From Nanobdella aerobiophila (lineage in GTDB: Archaea; Nanobdellota; Nanobdellia; Nanobdellales; Nanobdellaceae), in NCBI RefSeq assembly GCF_023169545.1, contig NZ_AP019769.1:180001-212000 (forward strand): a DNA stretch of 32,000 bases. Reading direction: 5' to 3'. This document shows, in pieces, positions 9,161 through 17,804 of the stretch. Under the pieces are notes generated by a model. The model was given only the letters and a program-made list of their open reading frames with translations, did not search any database and had not been told where the DNA came from. Position 1 is the first letter of the stretch. Each line of letters starts with the position of its first letter. A program made the translations under genes and the position numbers.

Positions 9161-9559
9161 ATGATTGTAATATCATCTGGTAAGAAAAAACTTGCAATTG
9201 CGAGGGCGTATATTAGAGAAGGAAGTGGAGTCATAAGGATAAATTCTAAGTTATTACAATTTTATGAACCAACTTTGGCAAGATTAAGAATATTAGAACC
9301 AGTATTATTAGCTGGACCTGAATATATATCTAAGGTAAATATTAAGGTTAGGGTAACTGGTGGTGGATATATGGGCAAAGCAGAAGCTGCTAGAATAGCA
9401 ATTGCAAAGGGATTGGTAAAATATTTTGATGATGATAAATTAAAACTATTGTTTAATCAATATGATCCAAGATTATTAAAGTCAGATCCTAGGAAAAAGG
9501 AACAAAGAAAATCTCCTACTTCAAAAGCAAGAAAACATTATACAACGGCATATAGATAA
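9161..9559 (+). CDS. rps9: Ribosomal protein S9 (uS9)
   Basis: SSGKKKLAIARAYIREGSGVIRIN...RVTGGGYMGKAEAARIAIAKGLV...LLKSDPRKKEQRKSPTSKARKHYTTAYR. Confidence 0.94.
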   Translation: MIVISSGKKKLAIARAYIREGSGVIRINSKLLQFYEPTLARLRILEPVLLAGPEYISKVNIKVRVTGGGYMGKAEAARIAIAKGLVKYFDDDKLKLLFNQYDPRLLKSDPRKKEQRKSPTSKARKHYTTAYR

Positions 9560-9565
9560 AAATTT

Positions 9566-9877
9566 TTATTCAACCTTTTCGACTTTTACCTTTTCATCCT
9601 GTTTTATCTCTTCTGGCTCCGGTTCTTCACCAGATTTTATTGAGTATACAGCTTTAGAGATAATCCATATTTGTCCCATTGCTTTTACCAATTGGTGTGG
9701 AGCTATAATTCCCTTTATCCCTCTTTTTATCAGATCTTGATCTAGTACTCTAATTTTCCATCCATAAATTTTATTACCCGATATAATAGCATCTTCTACT
9801 TCCCCTAAGAAGTATCCGTCTTCAGTATATATCTTTGCATTTATTGTCTCAGATATTTTTTTAATATTTAATGCCAT
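9566..9877 (-). CDS. PRC-barrel domain protein
   Basis: INAKIYTEDGYFLGEVEDAIISGNKIYGWKIRV is a PRC-barrel pattern. The supplied ORF opens at 9973; start 9877 (MALNIKKISETI...) fits the fold and has ATTTAAA centred about 27 nt upstream. Confidence 0.7.
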   Translation of the reverse strand: MALNIKKISETINAKIYTEDGYFLGEVEDAIISGNKIYGWKIRVLDQDLIKRGIKGIIAPHQLVKAMGQIWIISKAVYSIKSGEEPEPEEIKQDEKVKVEKVE

Positions 9878-9952
9878 AAGAGAAAATAATCTATTAGATA
9901 ATTTAAAGTTTTCTATATTTATATTTAAAAGATATCTGTTGATATAGTATCT

Positions 9953-12346
9953 ATGGATAATAATTCGAACCATGAAGATGTTCCTGAAGTAAAAATGAAG
10001 GTTGCAGAGGCATTACAGAATGATTTATATAAAGGTATTGTTAGATTGGATACTGAAGCTATGAAAAAGATTGGTATAAGAATTGGAGATGTAGTAGAAA
10101 TAGAAGGTAAGAAAAAAACAGTTGCTATTGCCCAAATGTTGCCTCCAGAAGATTATGGGCTAGGAATTATTAGAATGGATGGTATTATTAGGAAGAATGC
10201 TAATGCAACATTGGGGGGATATGTGACAGTAAGAAAAGCTTCAGTTAAAGAAGCTCAAAAAATAATATTAGCTCCATCATCTAAAGGTGTAACCTACCAA
10301 TTTTCTCCAAGTTATATAAATTATATAAAAAGGTTATTAATTGGTAGAGCTGTATTAAAGGGAGACAATTTGGTTATAGTTCCAAGTTATAGGAAGAAAT
10401 TTGATTTATTAGATGATTTTGAGATTACATTTGTTGAAGGTTTATTTTCTATGGGATTTTCGAATGAATTAAGGTTGACTGTAGTAAATGGTCTACCAAA
10501 GGGAGCATTAGTAATTACAGAAAACACAGAAATAGAATTATTACCTCATGCTGTAGAATCGAAAGGAGAGCTACCTGAAGTAACTTATGAAGATATTGGT
10601 GATATGGATGAGGTTGTACAAAAAGTAAGAGAATTAGTGGAATTGCCATTAAAATATCCAGAATTATTTGAAAGGCTTGGCATAGACCCACCAAAAGGTA
10701 TATTATTATATGGACCTCCAGGTACAGGTAAGACTTTATTAGCAAAAGCCGTAGCAAATGAGAGTGGAGCATATTTTATAGCAATTAATGGACCTGAAAT
10801 TGTTTCTAAATATGTCGGGGAAAGTGAAAAGAAATTGAGAGATATATTTGAAGAAGCTAATAAAAATGCACCTGCGGTAATATTTATAGATGAGATAGAC
10901 GCAATAGCTCCTAAAAGAGATGAGGCAGTAGGAGAAGTAGAAAGAAGGTTAGTTGCCCAATTATTGACCTTAATGGATGGTTTAAAGGCAAGGGGTAAGG
11001 TAATAGTCATAGCAGCAACTAATAGACCTGATGCTGTAGATCCAGCATTAAGAAGACCCGGAAGGTTTGATAGAGAAATAGAGGTACCAGTTCCAAATGA
11101 ACATGGTAGATATCAAATATTGAAGGTACATACAAGAAATGTTCCTATAGGAAAAATAGTAGAAGATAATGGAAAAAAGATATATACTTTATTAAATGAA
11201 AAAGAAAAAGACGAATTGATAAGAAAGTTGGCATCTATAACATACGGCTACGTAGGTGCAGATCTTTCTGCTTTAGTTAAAGAAGCAGCTATGAATGTTA
11301 TTAGAAGGATATTACCAGAAATTGAAAGATATGGAGATAAAATACCAGATGAACTATTAGAGCAGATGGTTGTTACAGAAGAAGATTTTATGTCTTCATT
11401 AAAATTAGTTCCACCATCTGCAATGAGGGAAGTATTGGTAGAAGTTCCGAAGGTTAGGTGGAATGATATTGGAGGATTAAAGGAGATAAAACAGCAATTA
11501 AAAGAATCGATAGAATGGCCAATAAAATATAGAAAAATATATGAAAAAGTAGGCATAGACCCACCAAAAGGTATATTATTATATGGACCTCCAGGTACAG
11601 GTAAGACTTTATTAGCAAAAGCCGTAGCAACGGAAATAGGTGCAAATTTTATAGCTATAAAAGGACCTGAAATATTCTCAAAGTGGTTTGGAGAGAGCGA
11701 AAAAATGGTTAGAGAGATATTTAGAAAGGCTAAACAAGTAGCACCCTCCGTGATATTCTTTGATGAAATTGATGCGGTAGCACCAAGAAGAGGAATAGCA
11801 CATAGTATAGATGTATATGATAGTATAGTAAATCAATTATTAGCAGAAATGGATGGTATTACGACAAAAGGAGATGTAGTTACAATAGCAGCAACTAATA
11901 GACCAGATATATTAGATCCAGCATTATTAAGACCTGGAAGACTTGATAGAATAATATATATACCAGCGCCAGATTATGAATCAAGATTGGAAATATTAAA
12001 GATAAAAACTAGGAGTGTACCACTAGCTAAAGATGTTAGTTTAGAGGAGTTGGCTAGGATAACTGAGGGTTATAGTGGTGCAGATTTAGAATTATTAGTT
12101 AAAGAAGCAGCTATGAATGGACTTAGAAAAATATATAATGAAATTAAGCTTGACAATGATAGTGATCAAGAAACTCTGAAGAAAATAGAAGCATTAAATA
12201 TATTTATAACTATGAGCGATTTCAGAGAAGCACTGAACAGGGTCAGACCATCAATAACTAAAGATATGGAAAATTATTACAAAACCTTCACAGAAACATT
12301 TAGAACTAATATATTGAATAATAATTCAAATAAGTATTATGGATAG
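9953..12346 (+). CDS. cdc48: Cdc48/VAT-type AAA ATPase with N domain plus D1 and D2
   Basis: Double-psi barrel N domain ([29 protein letters not shown]); two [20 protein letters not shown] Walker A sites; Walker [14 protein letters not shown] and [13 protein letters not shown]; GCMN-like VKEAAMN sequences in both modules. Confidence 0.96.
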   Translation: MDNNSNHEDVPEVKMKVAEALQNDLYKGIVRLDTEAMKKIGIRIGDVVEIEGKKKTVAIAQMLPPEDYGLGIIRMDGIIRKNANATLGGYVTVRKASVKEAQKIILAPSSKGVTYQFSPSYINYIKRLLIGRAVLKGDNLVIVPSYRKKFDLLDDFEITFVEGLFSMGFSNELRLTVVNGLPKGALVITENTEIELLPHAVESKGELPEVTYEDIGDMDEVVQKVRELVELPLKYPELFERLGIDPPKGILLYGPPGTGKTLLAKAVANESGAYFIAINGPEIVSKYVGESEKKLRDIFEEANKNAPAVIFIDEIDAIAPKRDEAVGEVERRLVAQLLTLMDGLKARGKVIVIAATNRPDAVDPALRRPGRFDREIEVPVPNEHGRYQILKVHTRNVPIGKIVEDNGKKIYTLLNEKEKDELIRKLASITYGYVGADLSALVKEAAMNVIRRILPEIERYGDKIPDELLEQMVVTEEDFMSSLKLVPPSAMREVLVEVPKVRWNDIGGLKEIKQQLKESIEWPIKYRKIYEKVGIDPPKGILLYGPPGTGKTLLAKAVATEIGANFIAIKGPEIFSKWFGESEKMVREIFRKAKQVAPSVIFFDEIDAVAPRRGIAHSIDVYDSIVNQLLAEMDGITTKGDVVTIAATNRPDILDPALLRPGRLDRIIYIPAPDYESRLEILKIKTRSVPLAKDVSLEELARITEGYSGADLELLVKEAAMNGLRKIYNEIKLDNDSDQETLKKIEALNIFITMSDFREALNRVRPSITKDMENYYKTFTETFRTNILNNNSNKYYG
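10679..10757 (+). repeat. 79-bp direct repeat copy 1 (D1 Walker A region of cdc48)
   Basis: Identical base for base to 11552-11630: ggcatagacccaccaaaaggtatattattatatggacctccaggtacaggtaagactttattagcaaaagccgtagcaa. Confidence 0.95.
11552..11630 (+). repeat. 79-bp direct repeat copy 2 (D2 Walker A region of cdc48)
   Basis: Identical to 10679-10757, offset 873 bp. Confidence 0.95.
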
Positions 12347-13043
12347 TTTTTTTATTTCTCAAAGATTATTTTTTGGCGATAAATTAAATGAAAGAATTTT
12401 TAATTCTTCAGCTACGATAGTTGGTTTAGGGGGTTTGGGGTCTTGGATAGCGGAAATTTTAACTAGAATTGGTATAAAAAGGTTAAATCTTGTAGATTTT
12501 GATATTGTTGAAGAAAAAAATTTGAATAGGCAAAATTTCACTTTAAAAGATAGGAAGAAATACAAAATTGATGCTATAGAGGAAAGATTAAAGGAGATAA
12601 GAGAGGATATAGATATAAAAAAATATCAAAAGATTCATGATGATATTTTTGATACTGATATATTTTTTGATGCAGTGGATGATATAAATACAAAATTTTT
12701 ATTAAACGAATACTCTGTTTATCTAAATAAACCTTATATATTCGGGTCTGTTGTTATGTCAGAGGGGTATGTAGGTTTAATAAATCCAAAGGATTTTTGT
12801 TTTTATGACATATTCTCTAACAAAACTAACTTTATGACCTGTAATTTGTATGGTGTAGATCCTGCTTCTGTAATATTCGCATCATCTTTAATGGTTGAAT
12901 TATTTTTAAAATATTTAGACAGATATAATAATGGAATTCTATATCATTTTAATCTAAAAAGATTTGATTTGTATGAAGTAAAGGTTAGGAAAAATAATTG
13001 TAAAATATGTGTAAGGAAGGAATATGAAAGAATATGGAAATAA
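12339..13043 (+). CDS. ThiF/MoeB/E1-like adenylyltransferase family protein
   Basis: VGLGGLGSWIAEILTRIGIKRLNLVDFDIVEEKNLNRQNF nucleotide site, FDAVDDINTKFLLNE, possible catalytic Cys (MTCNLYGVDP), and one retained CxxC (NCKICVRK). Confidence 0.87.
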   Translation: MDSFFISQRLFFGDKLNERIFNSSATIVGLGGLGSWIAEILTRIGIKRLNLVDFDIVEEKNLNRQNFTLKDRKKYKIDAIEERLKEIREDIDIKKYQKIHDDIFDTDIFFDAVDDINTKFLLNEYSVYLNKPYIFGSVVMSEGYVGLINPKDFCFYDIFSNKTNFMTCNLYGVDPASVIFASSLMVELFLKYLDRYNNGILYHFNLKRFDLYEVKVRKNNCKICVRKEYERIWK

Positions 13044-13861
13044 TAGATATAATAAATGAAATAAAGAAGAAAGATAATCTAAGAAATGTTTCTGATAAGG
13101 TAGTTGAAAATATAGTAAGGAAGGAATTAAAAAAGAGGCCATATTTATATGATAGACTATATAATATAAGAAACGTAAAACAATTAAAAAATGATCCAGA
13201 TTTTTATTTATTTTTTAAAGAAGTAAGAAAAATATTACATGATATATATGAAGTATTTTCTATTGACCAAAATATTCAAAATATTATATTTGATGAAGAA
13301 TTAAGTCTAGAGCAGAAGATAATTAACCTACTAATGTCAGCTAAATCTACAGCTGAAAGGTTAAATTTCTATAAAGAAGTATATGAAAATATATTTATAG
13401 ACGAACCAGATGAGATACTGGATCTTGCTTCAGGTTTGAATCCACTATCTATATTTTTTTCTGATAAAAAGCCCAATAAATATTATTATACGGATATTTC
13501 TGAAGAAATACTTGATATAAATTATCAGATTTTAAATATTCTGAATGTAGATAATGAAGGTTGGTTGATAGATCTATTCGAACCAGATGAAAGAATATAC
13601 AAACATTATCAATACATATTCTTTTGGAAAATATTTCCTTTATTGGAAAAATATGATTATTATTTACCAAGGAATATAATAGCAAATCTAGATTTTGATT
13701 ATTTAATTATTTCATTTTCACAAAAAAGTATCGGAAAAAGGAAGAATATAGGATTAGCATGGAGATATAAAATAAAAAGGTTCTTCCTATATAAATTAAA
13801 TTATAAAATAATAAAAGAATTTGATATACCTTATGAGTTTTTTATGATTGTAAAGAAATAG
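13034..13861 (+). CDS. FmrO/Rmt-family 16S rRNA (m7G)-methyltransferase-like protein
   Basis: NLRNVSDKVVENIVRKELKKRP helical N-terminus; STAERLNFYKEVYENIF; SAM site EILDLASGLNPLSIFF; YIFFWKIFPLLEK; DYLIISFSQKSIGKRKNIG. These fit the ArmA/RmtB pattern from memory; not verified by a search. Confidence 0.78.
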   Translation: MEIIDIINEIKKKDNLRNVSDKVVENIVRKELKKRPYLYDRLYNIRNVKQLKNDPDFYLFFKEVRKILHDIYEVFSIDQNIQNIIFDEELSLEQKIINLLMSAKSTAERLNFYKEVYENIFIDEPDEILDLASGLNPLSIFFSDKKPNKYYYTDISEEILDINYQILNILNVDNEGWLIDLFEPDERIYKHYQYIFFWKIFPLLEKYDYYLPRNIIANLDFDYLIISFSQKSIGKRKNIGLAWRYKIKRFFLYKLNYKIIKEFDIPYEFFMIVKK

Positions 13862-14192
13862 CATTTTTAATATTTAATATATCATTTTTATTATATATAT
13901 CGAGATTATTTTCATTAAATATCCATACTTCTATATCTATATTTTGAGATTTTTCGTAATATTTTACTAAATTATATAGTTGGTATAAATCCATATAATT
14001 TATATTATGTAATTTTATTTTTTTTCTGTTCCTCTTTACTTGTATAAGTTTTATTTTACCATCTCTACTTAGTGCTATAATATCTATAGGAGAATGAGAA
14101 CCTGGAGTCCTCCAGGTAGTATAACCCTGTTTTTCCAAAATACTTTTTACTTTTCTTTCATAATAATATCCTATTTTATAGTTGTTTGCCAT
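13842..14192 (-). CDS. hjc: Archaeal Holliday junction resolvase Hjc-like
   Basis: GYYYERKVKSILEKQGYTTWRTPGSHSPIDIIALSRDGKIKLIQVKR: the E...GS.SP.D...QVK pattern of the Hjc nuclease fold. Confidence 0.87.
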   Translation of the reverse strand: MANNYKIGYYYERKVKSILEKQGYTTWRTPGSHSPIDIIALSRDGKIKLIQVKRNRKKIKLHNINYMDLYQLYNLVKYYEKSQNIDIEVWIFNENNLDIYNKNDILNIKNAISLQS

Positions 14193-14212
14193 ATATATGA
14201 ATAATATTTACT

Positions 14213-14222
14213 AATATAAAAG
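14213..14222. promoter_or_regulatory. Candidate shared bidirectional TATA box between hjc and polD large subunit
   Basis: aatataaaag centred at about 14218, 26 nt from the hjc start (14192) and 26 nt from the DP2 start (14244). Reads TATAAAA on + and CTTTTATATT on -. Confidence 0.55.
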
Positions 14223-14243
14223 TATAATTTCAATATCTTTATT

Positions 14244-17200
14244 ATGAACGATATGGACCAATATTTTTCGGATATAAGAAAGAAGACCTTAGAGGCCTAT
14301 GAGCTTGCAAAAAAGGCTAGATTACTAAAATTAGATTCTACTGATGATGTAGAGATCCCAATATCCGAAGATATGTCTGAAAGAATAGTTAATTTATTGT
14401 CTAATATAGATCCTATAATAAAAGAAATAAATCTACCTGAAAAAATAAGGGAAATAGAAAAACAATATAAAGCTCTATCATTTGCTACCATATTAAAGAT
14501 TGCTGATTATGTCTCTGAACAGATATATAATAAAACGAAAGATAAGCTAAGAGCAATAGATCTAGGTATTAGGTCTGCATTTACATATCATACTCTAGGA
14601 GTTGTAGCAGCATCTACAGAAGGCATTATTAAGGTAATCTCAAAAAAAAGAAGAGATAATAAAGAATATTTATCTATATATTATGCAGGACCTGTTAGAT
14701 CTGCAGGAGGTACTCCGCAGGCATTTTCTGTAGTTGTTGCAGATCTATTAAGAAAAAAGTTTGGTTATGAAAAATGGGATCCAGATAATGATGAAGTACA
14801 GAGATACGTAATTGAAGTATATGACTATAAAAGAATGGCGCATTTGCAGTATACACCAAAAAAGGAAGAATTAGAATTCGTTCTACAGAACCTACCAATA
14901 GAAATTAATGGTGAAGCTACATTAGAGTCCGAAGTTTCTGGTTATAAAGATTTACCAAGAATAGAAACAAACTTTATTAGAGGCGGTGCAATGCTGGTTC
15001 TAGCAGAAGGAATATGTCAAAAAGCAGGAAAAATTTGGAAAAAGCTGGAACCTGTAGCAAAAGATTTTAATTTGGAGGATTGGAAATGGTTATCGGATTA
15101 TAAAAAGTTACAAGAAAGAATATATAGTAGTTCATCAGATTCAGGGGAAAAGATAAAACCAAATTCAAAATATCTTGCTCAACTAACTGCTGGAAGGCCA
15201 ATTTTTTCCTTACCATCTGCGAAAGGTGGCTTTAGATTAAGATATGGCAAATCTAGGACAAATGGACATGAAGCATCATCTATTCATCCTGCGGCTGCTG
15301 CTTTGACATACAATTTCTTAGCATGGGGTACACAAATTGCAGTTGAGAGACCTGGAAAAGCATCGGCAGTTACATTTTCAGATACTATAGAACCTCCTGT
15401 TGTAAAATTAAAAGATGGTTCTGTTAAAAAAATATATTCTGAAAAGATTGCTAAAGAATTGATAGATAAAAATCTAGTAGAAAAAATATTATTTTTAGGT
15501 GATATACTATTTACTTATGGAGACTTTTTGGATAATGGTCATATATTGGTTCCTGTAGGATATTGTGAAGAATGGTGGGTTTTAGAATTTGAGAAGAATG
15601 CTAAAGAAAAATTAAAAGATTTTGAAGTAGTTTTTGATATGCTTAAACCTAGAAAAATGTTTGAAATAAAAAATCTTGATAAATTGTCTGATTATTTAAA
15701 TATAGATAAATCAAAATTAGAAGGTTATATAAGAGATCCATTAAGAATAAAACCAGATCTTATTGATTCTCTAAAAATATCATTGTTATTGGATGTACCA
15801 TTACATCCTTTGTATACCTATTTCTGGAAAGATATATCAGCAGATGATATAATATATTTATTGAATTACATTAAAGATAATTCTAAAATAGATATAGAAA
15901 AGATAAAAATAGGTGACAAAGAAGTTAATATAGCTAGAAGAATAGAAATAAATTATGATGAAAATGTAAAGAGGATTTTAGAAGAGATTTTAATAGAACA
16001 TAATCTAGAAAATAATAAAATTATAATAAATTATCCGGATTCTGCTGCTTTTTATTTACAAGTTGGATATATAAATGATATACCTAGTAAAGGTGCAGAA
16101 AACAATGGATATGAAATAATTAGCAGGGTATCTGTATTAAAAATAAGGGACAAGGTAGGTACTTATATAGGATTAAGGATGGGGAGACCTGAAAAGGCGA
16201 GGATTAGAGAACTAACAGGTTCTATAGTTGTACTATTTCCAGTAGGTAAAGAAGGTGGAAGAATGAGGAACTTAATGGAGTCTAGAAATTATGGAAAAAT
16301 TTTAGCAGATTTAAAATTATATTATTGTCCAAATTGTAAAATATATGTACCATATAGAAAATGTATATTTTGTAAGTCTGATACAAAATTACTAAATACT
16401 GAAGATAATAAAACTCATAAGGTATACAATATAGATATAGGAAAATATATTGAGGCTGCGTTAAAAAATCTAAATATGGATTCTTCTCAAGTACCAAAAA
16501 TAATCAAAGGACCAGAAGGTTTATCTTCGAAGGATAAAGAACCAGAAAGATTAGAAAAAGGGATATTGAGGGCTAAGTATGGGGTATTTGTATTTAGAGA
16601 TGGAACTACAAGATTTGATGCAATAGAGGTTCCTATTACATATTTTAAGCCAAAAGATTTATTATTTACACCGATAGAAAAATTAAAGGAATTAGGATAT
16701 ACTAGAGATATATATGGAAATCCATTAGAAAATGAAGAACAGATACTTGAATTAAAACCACAAGATATAATATTACCTATTGTAGGTCCATATAAAAAAG
16801 CTGGAAAGATAAAGATGGATGGATTTTTAAGATCATTGATAAATACTACTAGGTTTTTAGATGAAGAATTGGAAAGACTATATAATCTTCCTAAATATTA
16901 TAATGTGGACAGGCCTGAAGATTTACTAGGGCATTTATTAATAGTATTAGCACCGCATACTTCTGCAGGCGTTGTTGGACGAATAATAGGATTTTCTAAA
17001 ACACAAGCATTATTAATGCACCCATTGATGCATGCTGGTATAAGAAGAAATTGTGACGGTGACGAAGGTGGTTTTATATTATTATTAGACGCATTAATCA
17101 ATTTTTCAAAAAATTATTTACCAGAAAAGAGAGGTGGTATGATGGATGCTCCATTAACAATAACATTAAAGTTAAAAGGAATGGAAGTAGATGACGAGGT

Positions 17201-17804
17201 ACATAATTTCGATACAGTCTGGAATTATCCACTGGAGTTATATTATAATGGATTAGAGTATAGGCCAGCAGATTCTATAAAAATACAAATATATAAAGAT
17301 AGATTAAATAAGGAAGATGAATATACTAATTGGGGTTTTATGCATGATATAGATTCTATAAGTAATGAAGGGAATACAGAATCTGCGTATAAGTTTTTGG
17401 GAGAGATGTTAGAAAAATTAAATTTTGAATTGAAATTATCAAGATTATTAAGATCTGTTGATCCTGTTGTAGTTGCAAATTTAGTAATAAATCTACATTT
17501 TGCTAGAGATATAAAAGGAAATCTAAGAAAATTTTCTGAGCAAGAGTTTAGATGCATAAAATGTAATACTAAGTATAGAAGAATCCCGCTATCTGGGAAA
17601 TGCATAAGATGTAATGGAAAAATTGTAATGACTGTTACATATGGCAGCGTTATAAAATATTTAGAGCCTAGTTTATGGCTATCTGAAAATTTACATTTAG
17701 ATGAATATACATCTTCAAGTCTTAGGGCTTTAAAAGAGAAGATTGATGAAACATTTGGAAATGTATCTAAGGAAAGGAAATTAAAAGATTTCTTTAATAT
17801 ATAA
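14244..17804 (+). CDS. polC: DNA polymerase D large subunit (DP2)
   Basis: YAGPVRSAGGTPQAFSVVV, YVGLRMGRPEKA-like (YIGLRMGRPEKARIRELTG), active-site HAGIRRNCDGDEGG, EKRGGMMDAPL, zinc clusters CPNC...CIFC and CIKC...CIRC. Continuous, without an intein. Confidence 0.96.
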   Translation: MNDMDQYFSDIRKKTLEAYELAKKARLLKLDSTDDVEIPISEDMSERIVNLLSNIDPIIKEINLPEKIREIEKQYKALSFATILKIADYVSEQIYNKTKDKLRAIDLGIRSAFTYHTLGVVAASTEGIIKVISKKRRDNKEYLSIYYAGPVRSAGGTPQAFSVVVADLLRKKFGYEKWDPDNDEVQRYVIEVYDYKRMAHLQYTPKKEELEFVLQNLPIEINGEATLESEVSGYKDLPRIETNFIRGGAMLVLAEGICQKAGKIWKKLEPVAKDFNLEDWKWLSDYKKLQERIYSSSSDSGEKIKPNSKYLAQLTAGRPIFSLPSAKGGFRLRYGKSRTNGHEASSIHPAAAALTYNFLAWGTQIAVERPGKASAVTFSDTIEPPVVKLKDGSVKKIYSEKIAKELIDKNLVEKILFLGDILFTYGDFLDNGHILVPVGYCEEWWVLEFEKNAKEKLKDFEVVFDMLKPRKMFEIKNLDKLSDYLNIDKSKLEGYIRDPLRIKPDLIDSLKISLLLDVPLHPLYTYFWKDISADDIIYLLNYIKDNSKIDIEKIKIGDKEVNIARRIEINYDENVKRILEEILIEHNLENNKIIINYPDSAAFYLQVGYINDIPSKGAENNGYEIISRVSVLKIRDKVGTYIGLRMGRPEKARIRELTGSIVVLFPVGKEGGRMRNLMESRNYGKILADLKLYYCPNCKIYVPYRKCIFCKSDTKLLNTEDNKTHKVYNIDIGKYIEAALKNLNMDSSQVPKIIKGPEGLSSKDKEPERLEKGILRAKYGVFVFRDGTTRFDAIEVPITYFKPKDLLFTPIEKLKELGYTRDIYGNPLENEEQILELKPQDIILPIVGPYKKAGKIKMDGFLRSLINTTRFLDEELERLYNLPKYYNVDRPEDLLGHLLIVLAPHTSAGVVGRIIGFSKTQALLMHPLMHAGIRRNCDGDEGGFILLLDALINFSKNYLPEKRGGMMDAPLTITLKLKGMEVDDEVHNFDTVWNYPLELYYNGLEYRPADSIKIQIYKDRLNKEDEYTNWGFMHDIDSISNEGNTESAYKFLGEMLEKLNFELKLSRLLRSVDPVVVANLVINLHFARDIKGNLRKFSEQEFRCIKCNTKYRRIPLSGKCIRCNGKIVMTVTYGSVIKYLEPSLWLSENLHLDEYTSSSLRALKEKIDETFGNVSKERKLKDFFNI

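Noticed and set aside
9878-9973. N-terminal 32 codons of the supplied PRC-barrel ORF (start 9973)
   Set aside because: They overlap the cdc48 start and its TATA box. The conserved fold begins after the Met at 9877.
10515-11645. Several antisense ORFs inside cdc48 (10515-10772, 10585-11010, 11248-11556, 11454-11645)
   Set aside because: They mirror the conserved AAA modules. Two encode nearly the same peptide ([27 protein letters not shown]) only because of the 79-bp repeat and paralogous modules on the coding strand.
16980-17100. Possible intein at the DP2 active site (a common archaeal insertion point)
   Set aside because: The sequence is continuous through HAGIRRNCDGDEGGFILLLDALINFS, with no intein splice motifs or insertion.
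16282-17605. Antisense ORFs inside the PolD large-subunit gene (16282-16497, 16898-17101, 17243-17605)
   Set aside because: They overlap highly conserved DP2 coding sequence and show no protein-like conservation pattern of their own.
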